DNA from: Candidatus Gottesmanbacteria bacterium
GTDB lineage: Bacteria > Patescibacteriota > Microgenomatia > UBA10105 > UBA927
Reading direction: 5' to 3'
Length of the DNA stretch: 64,000 nucleotides
NCBI GenBank assembly: GCA_903821745.1
Contig: CAIJMI010000004.1
Coordinates: forward strand, 85,542 to 149,541
Made by a program: the position numbers and the translations under genes
Part shown: positions 56,938 to 64,000 of the stretch, in pieces
Position numbering within the stretch: position 1 is the first letter of the stretch
Layout of the letters: the number at the start of each line of letters is the position of its first letter
The notes under the pieces: model-generated
The model's database searches: none
Seen by the model: the letters and a program-made list of their open reading frames with translations, nothing else
What the model was told of the DNA's origin: nothing

Positions 56938-58371
56938 TTATAGCTCTTCCACGTTATGCGATTTACTTTCCCGAAGTCCTGCATCCGTAATCCGGATAAA
57001 CCGTGCATTTTTCCATAAGTCTTTAATGGATTTAGCATTACAGTAACTCATCCCAGATTGCAAAGCACCGCGCAGTTGATACAACACGTCAGTAACTTTC
57101 CCTTTGTAGGGAATTAGTGCTTCCACGCCCTCCGCAACAATGGAATTGAGTTTTTGGTCACTGCTGTTTTCCAGTTTAATTTTGCGGTCTGCTGTTGCGA
57201 GGAATGATGCACTTCCCCGATGTACTTTGTATTTCATACCTTTCCGCATTATGATGCCGCCCGGGCTTTCATCAGTTCCTGCAAACCAACCAGCAAGCAT
57301 GACAGCAGATGCGCCGGCTGCGAGTGCTTTAGTAAGGTCTCCTGGATAGTTAGTTCCGCCGTCAGCAATGACGGGAATATTTGCTTTTTTAGCAGCAGTT
57401 GACGCACGCATAACGGCGGTCAGTTGTGGAACACCGACGCCAGCAACGATGCGTGTTGTGCATAATCCGCCGGGTCCAATCCCTACTTTTACTGCATCAA
57501 CACCAGTGGCAATTAGATCCTGCACTCCTTCAGGGGTGGCCACATTTCCACCAATCAACTGAATGTTTTTATATTTTCTTCGAATTGTTTTTAATGCCCG
57601 GATGGACACATCATTTTGTCCGTGTGCAACATCAACAACAATAACGTCTGTCCCAGCATCAAGTAGTGCTTTGGTTCGATCCAGATAATCATTCACCACA
57701 CCGACAGCTGCTCCCACTCTGTACCGTCCAAATTTATCTTTAGTTGAATAGGGGAATTTTTCAAAATTCTGTATGGAATGTGCGGTGATGAGGCCAACTA
57801 ATTGGTCATTTTTATCAACCAATGGAAGTTTTTCAATCTTTTTGGATGCAAATATTTTTTTAGCTTCCGCGAGATTTGTTTTTTTATTTCCGACAATGAG
57901 ATTACTTCTGGTAGTCATGAGTTTGTGCACCGGTGTATCATTGTCGGTGACAAACTGATAGTCACGTCTTGATAAAATTCCGATCACTGTATGTTTTTCA
58001 TCCGTCACGATAAAACAATCAATCCCGGTTTTGATTTTTTTCTTATATACATTTTGTAATGTGTCAGTCGGTGCAATGGTATATGGTGCATCGAGAATAA
58101 ATCCAACCGTGCGTTTTACTTTTGATATTTCCTGAACCTGCTCTTCAATGGTCATAAATCGATGAATGATACCAATGCCGCCTTCTGTCGCAAGAGCAAT
58201 CGCCATGGCTGATTCGGTGACCGTGTCCATATTCGCAGATATAAATGGAAGTTGTAATTCTATATCACGGGTTAATTTCGTTTTGAGTGATATTTCATGC
58301 CGATGATCAATAAATGAACGCTGTGGAACCAACAACACGTCATCATAGGTAAATCCTTCATCAAATTTCAT
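56938..58371 (-). CDS. guaB: Inosine-5'-monophosphate dehydrogenase
   Basis: IMPDH catalytic loop [11 protein letters not shown], tandem CBS domains, 477 aa. Confidence 0.9.
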   Translation of the reverse strand: MKFDEGFTYDDVLLVPQRSFIDHRHEISLKTKLTRDIELQLPFISANMDTVTESAMAIALATEGGIGIIHRFMTIEEQVQEISKVKRTVGFILDAPYTIAPTDTLQNVYKKKIKTGIDCFIVTDEKHTVIGILSRRDYQFVTDNDTPVHKLMTTRSNLIVGNKKTNLAEAKKIFASKKIEKLPLVDKNDQLVGLITAHSIQNFEKFPYSTKDKFGRYRVGAAVGVVNDYLDRTKALLDAGTDVIVVDVAHGQNDVSIRALKTIRRKYKNIQLIGGNVATPEGVQDLIATGVDAVKVGIGPGGLCTTRIVAGVGVPQLTAVMRASTAAKKANIPVIADGGTNYPGDLTKALAAGASAVMLAGWFAGTDESPGGIIMRKGMKYKVHRGSASFLATADRKIKLENSSDQKLNSIVAEGVEALIPYKGKVTDVLYQLRGALQSGMSYCNAKSIKDLWKNARFIRITDAGLRESKSHNVEEL

Positions 58372-59672
58372 ATACCCCCTTTTTGTTTTTTATAAATAAA
58401 TAATTGTGATCGTTTTGGTCCAACGGAAACAAATGCGATAGGAACATGCAGTTGGGTTTCAATAAAGAAAAGATATCTTTTTGCTGCCAGCGGAAGGTCA
58501 TTATATTTTTTTATTTGAGATATATCTTCATTCCATCCTGGAAATTTTTTGTAAACAGGAACACAGGAATGGTAATCATACATGGAAGCCGGAATTTCTA
58601 AATATCGTTTATTTTGTATTTTGTATGCAACACAAACAGATATTGTCGGAAGCCCGCTTAAGACATCAAGTTTTGTGATTGCAAGGGTGGTAAATCCTGA
58701 CAGACGCGAAGCGGTTCTTAGTGCAGGAAGATCAAGCCACCCGCATCGTCTCGGCCGTTTTGACACTGTCCCAAATTCCTGTCCGTTTTTCCGTATTGTT
58801 TCTCCAATTGGATTGGTTTGTTCTGTTGGAAACGGTCCGTTGCCAACACGCGTTGTATATGCTTTGACAATACCTATGGTATGAAGGGCTCGTGGAGCAA
58901 GACCGACATACGGAAAAATGGATCCGGATATTGTATGGATTGCAACAGTATACGGGTAGGTTCCGAATACTGGATCCAAGAGTGATCCGTGTGCTCCTTC
59001 AAAAACAACGCGTTTTGTTGTAAGCGACTTTTCAATCAGGACAGATGTGTCTGCAATATATGGTCGTAATTTTTTTCCGTATGCAACATAAGTTTTCCAA
59101 ATAGCATCAATAGTAAAATGTTCATCCAGTCCAAAAACATTTTGGATACGTTTGGATTGTAGCTCAAGAGCGTTTCTAATTTTTTGTTTTAATTCAGTAG
59201 GGTGCAATACATCGTCTAATCGGATACCCGCCCTGTTGTTTTTGTCTTCGTAGCAATATCCGATACCAAGATGTAAACTTCCGGTTGCTGATTTTCCTTT
59301 CCAGTGTTCTGTCGCCCGGTCCAGTGCTTTATGGTAGGGCATGACAATATGAACACGGGGATCAATCGTTAAATACACAGGAAGATGCTGCTTTTTTACC
59401 ATTGCTATTTCATCCAGAAGCATCTGAGGATCAATAACGCAGCCCTGGGCAATGATGAGCTTTTTTTTCTGGATAACTCCTGAAGGAAGAAGTGAGAGTT
59501 TAAATGTTTGAGTGCCGACAACAACAGTGTGGCCCGCATTGTTGCCGCCGTTGTATCGGACAACATAATCAGCGTGTTCTGTGAGGACATCGACCAGTTT
59601 TCCTTTCCCCTCATCTCCCCATTGTGCTCCAACGATTGATAACGGAAATTGAATGTTATACATAGGTTTCAA
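58368..59672 (-). CDS. purA: Adenylosuccinate synthetase
   Basis: N-terminal GAQWGDEGKGK P-loop and GNNAGHTV motif. Confidence 0.9.
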   Translation of the reverse strand: MKPMYNIQFPLSIVGAQWGDEGKGKLVDVLTEHADYVVRYNGGNNAGHTVVVGTQTFKLSLLPSGVIQKKKLIIAQGCVIDPQMLLDEIAMVKKQHLPVYLTIDPRVHIVMPYHKALDRATEHWKGKSATGSLHLGIGYCYEDKNNRAGIRLDDVLHPTELKQKIRNALELQSKRIQNVFGLDEHFTIDAIWKTYVAYGKKLRPYIADTSVLIEKSLTTKRVVFEGAHGSLLDPVFGTYPYTVAIHTISGSIFPYVGLAPRALHTIGIVKAYTTRVGNGPFPTEQTNPIGETIRKNGQEFGTVSKRPRRCGWLDLPALRTASRLSGFTTLAITKLDVLSGLPTISVCVAYKIQNKRYLEIPASMYDYHSCVPVYKKFPGWNEDISQIKKYNDLPLAAKRYLFFIETQLHVPIAFVSVGPKRSQLFIYKKQKGGI

Positions 59673-61023
59673 CTAGTGTTTTTGCAAGACCAATATATGT
59701 TGTTGGCGTGAGGGTGAGTAGTTTTTGTTTTGTTTTTTCTGGTAGCGGCAATGATTGCATAAACGTATTGATTTCATTCCGTGTGCGCGATTCACCGCGG
59801 AAAAACTGTTTAGTTCTCTCATATGCATCATCTACTCCTGCAGCTCGGAGAGCCGTCTGAATAGCTTCAGAAAGAATTTCCCAATGACCCAATAATTCTT
59901 TTTGCATTGCTTCGTAATTTGGCTCTAACCGGTTGAGTCCTTCAAGGATGCTTTGATACGAAAGGTGTGTGTAAGAAAACATAATCCCGAAAGATCGTCT
60001 GATGGTGCTGTCAGATAAGTCACGTTGCAACCGGGAATATGAAAGTTTTCGAATATATCCCTCAAGTAAGCTGTTGGCAATTTCAAAACCGCCCTCAGCC
60101 CCTTCTAAATAAATCGGATTGATTTTGTGGGGGAGTGCAGTTGAACCGACTTCTTTTGCAATCCGTTTTTGTGTAAGCAATCCCAACGATGCATACGTCC
60201 ACAAATCTTTACATAGGCCAAGAAGCAGTAAATTTATATGCTGGATTGTTTGAAAAAGTTGAATATACGAATCATATGGTGCAATTTGAGTAGTCATGGG
60301 AGATTGTGGGAGCTCAAGATGCGCAAGAAACGTTTTTGAAAATTTCAGCCAATGGAGAGTAGGAAAGATTGCATGATGTGCGTTAAAATTGCCAACATTT
60401 CCGGAACATTTCCCAGTAACACGATTTGTCTGTAACAATTGGATACATTCACGTAATCGGTACGCGTAGATGCCGATTTCTTTTCCATACGTTGTTCCAT
60501 TTGCCGGTTGTCCATGCGTTCGGGCAAGGAGGGGAGTTGCTTTATATTTTTTTGCCTGCGTCTGCAGGACAGCAAAAAGATCGTGGAGTATGGGAAGAAA
60601 AACTATTTTGATGGATACATTGATGCACCGAGCGTATGCACAGGAATTAATATCGTCAGACGTCAGTCCAATGTGAACCATTTGAGTAATATCACGAAGT
60701 GTTGTAGAAGAAAGTTTTTTTTGAATAAAAAGTTCGACTGCTTGAACATCATGGTTTGTTTTTGATTCAATTTCACGGATCAGCTGATAATCGCCGGTGG
60801 AAAGATTTGATAGTTTTTTCAGCAATCGATTTTCTTTTTTTGTAAGTTTCCGTACAACGCCGTATTTGGATAACCACAGGAGATATGCAGTTTCTACAAA
60901 TACGCGAGATGAATTTATTGCGCGTTCTGAAAAATATTTGGAGAGGATTTTTACCTTGTGATAATTTCTTCCGTCAATCGGAGTAATGTGCAGGTCGATG
61001 GGAGTTTCACCTATCGTACTCAC
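59656..61023 (-). CDS. purB: Adenylosuccinate lyase
   Basis: Lyase-1 family motifs ARTHGQPA and GSTALPHKINP. Confidence 0.85.
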   Translation of the reverse strand: MSTIGETPIDLHITPIDGRNYHKVKILSKYFSERAINSSRVFVETAYLLWLSKYGVVRKLTKKENRLLKKLSNLSTGDYQLIREIESKTNHDVQAVELFIQKKLSSTTLRDITQMVHIGLTSDDINSCAYARCINVSIKIVFLPILHDLFAVLQTQAKKYKATPLLARTHGQPANGTTYGKEIGIYAYRLRECIQLLQTNRVTGKCSGNVGNFNAHHAIFPTLHWLKFSKTFLAHLELPQSPMTTQIAPYDSYIQLFQTIQHINLLLLGLCKDLWTYASLGLLTQKRIAKEVGSTALPHKINPIYLEGAEGGFEIANSLLEGYIRKLSYSRLQRDLSDSTIRRSFGIMFSYTHLSYQSILEGLNRLEPNYEAMQKELLGHWEILSEAIQTALRAAGVDDAYERTKQFFRGESRTRNEINTFMQSLPLPEKTKQKLLTLTPTTYIGLAKTLVETYV

Positions 61024-61078
61024 GAACTACAGCTTACTACAGGAATTTTTTTCTGTAAACAGGGAAAATAATTTATAT

Positions 61079-62284
61079 TGTAGGGAGGTCAGCACATGGT
61101 ATACAGTTTCTAGATCGGCAACGATATCTTAATTATCGTCAGTTATGCCTCAAGATATTCGGTGAAACGTATGATCAATTATCATACCGAATATATGAAT
61201 ACTGGCATCCATTTAGAATACAAAGAATTAAGATCAATAAGTCCTAAGGCGGCAAGACAGGCAGTATTGCAAATCCTTGCTTCAAACAAAGGAAACATTA
61301 CTCAAACTGCTCAAATGCTTAATGTCACCAGAAGGACGATATACAAGGCGCTTAAAAAGAAATCAGCAAACAAACTTGATGACACGTCTACTGCTCCGCA
61401 TACAGTTCACAACAAAACTGCATTCAATATTGAAGAGATTGTGGTTAAACTGAAAGAAAAAACAAACTACGGTCCAGTACGTTTACAAGAAGAACTCTAT
61501 GAGAGTAGCGGTATTTCGCTTTCATCTCATACTATCAGAAATATTATCAGGCGTAATAGAAAGACTAAAACAAAAAAGTGCAGGAGGCATAACAGGTCAA
61601 ATCGACCATTTGTTGACTGGTACAGCTCTCAAGCGTTTGAGGTGGTCCAGATTGATCTCAAGTATATTATCGATCAAAAAGCTCTCTCTGCCTCTCAAAT
61701 TGCTCATGTCATTAAGCATGATTTACCACTGTACCAATGGAGCGCTATTGATGTAGCTAGTAGATTTAAATTGATGGCGTATTCAAGGGAAAAATCATGG
61801 ACGAATGAATTAACCTGGTTTTTGTGGGTTACATCATGGCTGAGAAGTCATGGAGTAACAGTGAGGATTATGTATACGGTTGACCATGGAGTAGAATTTG
61901 GCGGAGACTGTTGGTACAAGATCGTTGAACTACGCAGACTTCTGAAAGGATTTGGTTGTTTTATCATCCAAAACAGGAAAAAACATCCGGAAGAAAATGC
62001 GCATCTTGAACGATCACACAAAACTGATGATGATGAATTCTATATCCCAAGAATTCATACAATCACTACACAAGGTCAATTCTACAAGGAAGCGTTCAAT
62101 TATCTATACTATTACAACTGTGTCAGAAAACACTCCAGTTTATCCCGAATACCACCGTACTCCCACCTGAAAAAGATATCATCTGGCTTAGATGATACAA
62201 TCAAATATGTTCCACCGATATTTCTTGATGGCATATCTTCAGAACTAGGAGCATGGAGTGGATACAATGTGCTGGCTCAGTACC
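61079..62284 (+). mobile_element. IS481-like insertion sequence (approximate ends) with imperfect ~20-bp terminal inverted repeats and flanking 15-bp direct repeat GAAAATAATTTATAT (61064-61078 and 62285-62299)
   Basis: Left GAGGTCAGCACATGGTATAC (61087-61106) matches reverse complement of 62262-62281 at 16/20; perfect 15-bp direct repeat immediately outside; encloses DDE transposase ORF. Confidence 0.45.
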
Positions 62285-62292
62285 GAAAATAA
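61162..62292 (+). CDS. DDE transposase (HTH + rve integrase core), IS481 family-like
   Basis: N-terminal HTH (LNVTRRTIYKALKK), integrase catalytic core with D (QIDLKY), D (TVDHGVEF) and downstream E; GTG start. Confidence 0.7.
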   Translation: MKRMINYHTEYMNTGIHLEYKELRSISPKAARQAVLQILASNKGNITQTAQMLNVTRRTIYKALKKKSANKLDDTSTAPHTVHNKTAFNIEEIVVKLKEKTNYGPVRLQEELYESSGISLSSHTIRNIIRRNRKTKTKKCRRHNRSNRPFVDWYSSQAFEVVQIDLKYIIDQKALSASQIAHVIKHDLPLYQWSAIDVASRFKLMAYSREKSWTNELTWFLWVTSWLRSHGVTVRIMYTVDHGVEFGGDCWYKIVELRRLLKGFGCFIIQNRKKHPEENAHLERSHKTDDDEFYIPRIHTITTQGQFYKEAFNYLYYYNCVRKHSSLSRIPPYSHLKKISSGLDDTIKYVPPIFLDGISSELGAWSGYNVLAQYRK

Positions 62293-62353
62293 TTTATATG
62301 GTTCTCTGCCCAAATCAAAATGGGCGTGGTATAATACCAATTGTTCTTAACAT

Positions 62354-62425
62354 TCCCCTGTAGCTCAACGGTAGAGCGGCTTCCTGTTAAGAAGAAGGTT
62401 CGAGGTTCGAATCCTCGCGGGGGAG
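62354..62425 (+). tRNA. tRNA-Asn (anticodon GUU)
   Basis: 5' UCCCCUGUAGCUCAACGGUAGAGC (cf. canonical tRNA-Asn UCCUCUGUAG...), anticodon loop CUGUUAA, T-arm CGAGG-UUCGAAU-CCUCG. Confidence 0.75.
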
Positions 62426-62533
62426 CAAGTGATAGTTTGGAGCGTATTGACAATCTAAACCACTAATTAACACATCAGCATTGAAGCCTTCTAATTCTAG
62501 TTTACAAGATGTTTCTAAGAAATGAAGAGGTAG

Positions 62534-63529
62534 TTACAATTGGTATGAGTAAGTTGTTGAGGTAGCTTGGATAAAATCAACGATTACGCTTGTTGGTCTT
62601 ACGGTGACATTTAGAAATCCTGAACCACCGATTATTTTTCCATTTTTGTAACTATAAGAATCATATTTATCTCCAGCATGACTTGGTTGTGGTAACGTTT
62701 GGTAAACGATGCCATCGAGATCTTGTTTAGCAAACAAGTGGTCATGTCCTTTGAATACAATGGTGACATGATTTTCAACAAGCAGGTCATGAATTGGTTT
62801 ACTCCATCCTGGTCTATGAGAGGTGAATCCATAACTCCCATCAGTATTATTTCCACCCCATTCATAAAGTTTTGCTAATTCTACTCCACCACGACCTTGG
62901 TTATCACCACCAACTAATTGATGAATGAATACAAACTTATATTTTGCAGTAGACGTTTTTAACGTGTTTGAAAACCAGTCATATTGTGTTTTTCCCAATG
63001 TCCATTGCCAACCATCAGTATTTGGTTTTGTAGTTGTATAACTATATGGATCAAGAACGACAAATAACGCATTACCTTTTTCAAAAGAAAAGTAATTTTT
63101 ATCTTTCGTTTCGTCAGGGAAGTAGGCTCTACGGTATGATTTTGTATTTAGTTTGTCCCATCCGGTTTCCCCATCATGGTTGCCCATAGCAAAATAGAGT
63201 GGAATTGATTGAAGTTGATTGTAATATGATTTCATGAGCTCATATCGCTTTGTAATATTTGTGTCACTTTTTATTTGAAGTTTATCAACCATAAATATGT
63301 CGCCAAGATCAATAAGAAAAGAAGGATTCGCTTTCACAATTTGTTGGAGCGTCTGTGTATATGTTGAGTCGTCCGATTGTTCATCCATATGTGGATCAGC
63401 CTCTACAGCAAATGAAAAACTGGCTGGAGAGGTTACAGGAAGAAGGGATCTATGATTACCATACTTCAAATAGACCCAGAGTATACAAACGGCAACAATT
63501 GCGATTAATAGCATCAGTATCTTTTTCAT
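62534..63529 (-). CDS. Secreted metallophosphoesterase (calcineurin-like phosphoesterase)
   Basis: Signal peptide; metallophosphatase motifs GDIFMVD, GNHDGE, GHDHLF. Confidence 0.65.
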   Translation of the reverse strand: MKKILMLLIAIVAVCILWVYLKYGNHRSLLPVTSPASFSFAVEADPHMDEQSDDSTYTQTLQQIVKANPSFLIDLGDIFMVDKLQIKSDTNITKRYELMKSYYNQLQSIPLYFAMGNHDGETGWDKLNTKSYRRAYFPDETKDKNYFSFEKGNALFVVLDPYSYTTTKPNTDGWQWTLGKTQYDWFSNTLKTSTAKYKFVFIHQLVGGDNQGRGGVELAKLYEWGGNNTDGSYGFTSHRPGWSKPIHDLLVENHVTIVFKGHDHLFAKQDLDGIVYQTLPQPSHAGDKYDSYSYKNGKIIGGSGFLNVTVRPTSVIVDFIQATSTTYSYQL

Positions 63530-64000
63530 TGAACTGTATATGAATAGATTGATTGACCGTTATTATTTTGACCAGACTTTATGTAATCAACTTTTACTTG
63601 GTTAGGTGAAACGGTTACGTTTAAAAAGCCGGAATTTGGAAGTACAGTTCCTGACGTGTATGCGTCTTTATTAAATGCAGTGTATGTGTTGTCCGCTGGA
63701 TTTGGAACCTCCTGATAGATAACACCATCAAGTTCTTGTTTAGCAAAAAGGTGGTCATGTCCTTGAAAAAATATTGTCACGTGATTTTTCACCATCAGTT
63801 GGTGAATCGGTCCTTCCCAACCAGGGCGTTTGGTATTAAATTCCCAAACGCCTTTACTATTGTCTCCACCCCATTCATAGAGTTTTGCTTCTTCTATACC
63901 GCCACGACCAGTGCCTAACACGTGATGAGCAAACACAAATTTATATGTTGCATTACTCGTTTCAAGTGTTCGTTTAAACCATTGATATTGCTCATCACCA
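63526..64000 (-). CDS. Metallophosphoesterase paralog (5' part beyond window end)
   Basis: Strong paralogy with 62534..63529 (QGHDHLFAKQELDGVIYQ vs KGHDHLFAKQDLDGIVYQ); reading frame continues upstream of annotated Met to window edge (…KFVFAHHV). Confidence 0.6.
   Translation of the reverse strand, partial: GDEQYQWFKRTLETSNATYKFVFAHHVLGTGRGGIEEAKLYEWGGDNSKGVWEFNTKRPGWEGPIHQLMVKNHVTIFFQGHDHLFAKQELDGVIYQEVPNPADNTYTAFNKDAYTSGTVLPNSGFLNVTVSPNQVKVDYIKSGQNNNGQSIYSYTVQ

Noticed and set aside
61024-61161. Purine riboswitch upstream of purB-purA-guaB operon
   Set aside because: Reverse-complement leader lacks the conserved purine-riboswitch junction/loop sequences; region is instead occupied by the IS left end.
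1-64000. Alternative genetic code (UGA recoding as in some CPR lineages)
   Set aside because: TGA functions as a stop at well-supported gene ends (e.g. HMGS/thiolase ATGA junction at 32307-32310, M23-hydrolase/bitopic gene junction at 11686-11689), and conserved proteins are full length under code 11.
1-64000. CRISPR arrays / cas genes / prophage
   Set aside because: No short direct-repeat-spacer arrays, no Cas-like ORFs, no phage structural or integrase genes recognised.

Overview
AT-rich chromosomal segment (GC about 37-40% by eye) with tightly packed, often overlapping genes. It reads most like a small-genome, single-membrane bacterium, possibly of the CPR/Patescibacteria type (inference from gene content, not proven). 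Main contents, in order: (1) a cell-envelope glycan cluster (1-7.1 kb: GT2, GT1, SDR epimerase, RfbC, Wzy/O-antigen-ligase-like membrane protein, methyltransferase). (2) The replication origin region dnaA-dnaN (8.0-10.7 kb) with consensus DnaA boxes (TTATCCACA) on both sides of dnaA. (3) Directly next to the origin, a Gram-positive-type type IV secretion locus (10.7-28.7 kb): a bitopic VirB8/PrgL-position protein, an M23-peptidase cell-wall hydrolase (PrgK-like), a VirB4 ATPase, a VirB3/PrgI-like membrane protein, a VirD4-like ATPase, a 1173-aa tail-anchored giant protein, a VirB6/TrbL-like polytopic protein and a tandem array of six divergent VirB2/TrbC-like pilin paralogs. nadD-nadE are embedded in the locus and no relaxase was seen. 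(4) An ECF sigma factor with a possible anti-sigma factor. (5) A complete mevalonate-pathway operon: HMG-CoA reductase, then the archaeal-type HMG-CoA synthase/thiolase/DUF35 trio, then mevalonate kinase, a second GHMP kinase and diphosphomevalonate decarboxylase, ending in uppS. (6) Two more pilin-like genes, one fused to a Cys-rich ectodomain, and a SpoIID/LytB-domain cell-wall enzyme. (7) smpB followed immediately by a tmRNA gene (ssrA). (8) comF and a desulfoferrodoxin-type superoxide reductase. (9) Seven tRNA genes: all four Ser isoacceptor families, two Arg and one Asn. (10) A GT-C / GT2 / UGM-like glycosylation module. (11) The dnaG-rpoD operon and the guaB-purA-purB operon. (12) An IS481-like DDE transposase element with imperfect terminal inverted repeats and a perfect 15-bp flanking direct repeat, next to tRNA-Asn and two tandem secreted metallophosphoesterase paralogs. 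No CRISPR array and no obvious prophage were seen. The most interesting part is the origin-proximal T4SS with its diversified pilin array, giant tail-anchored protein and cell-wall lytic accessories, together with the archaeal-style mevalonate module feeding UppS.
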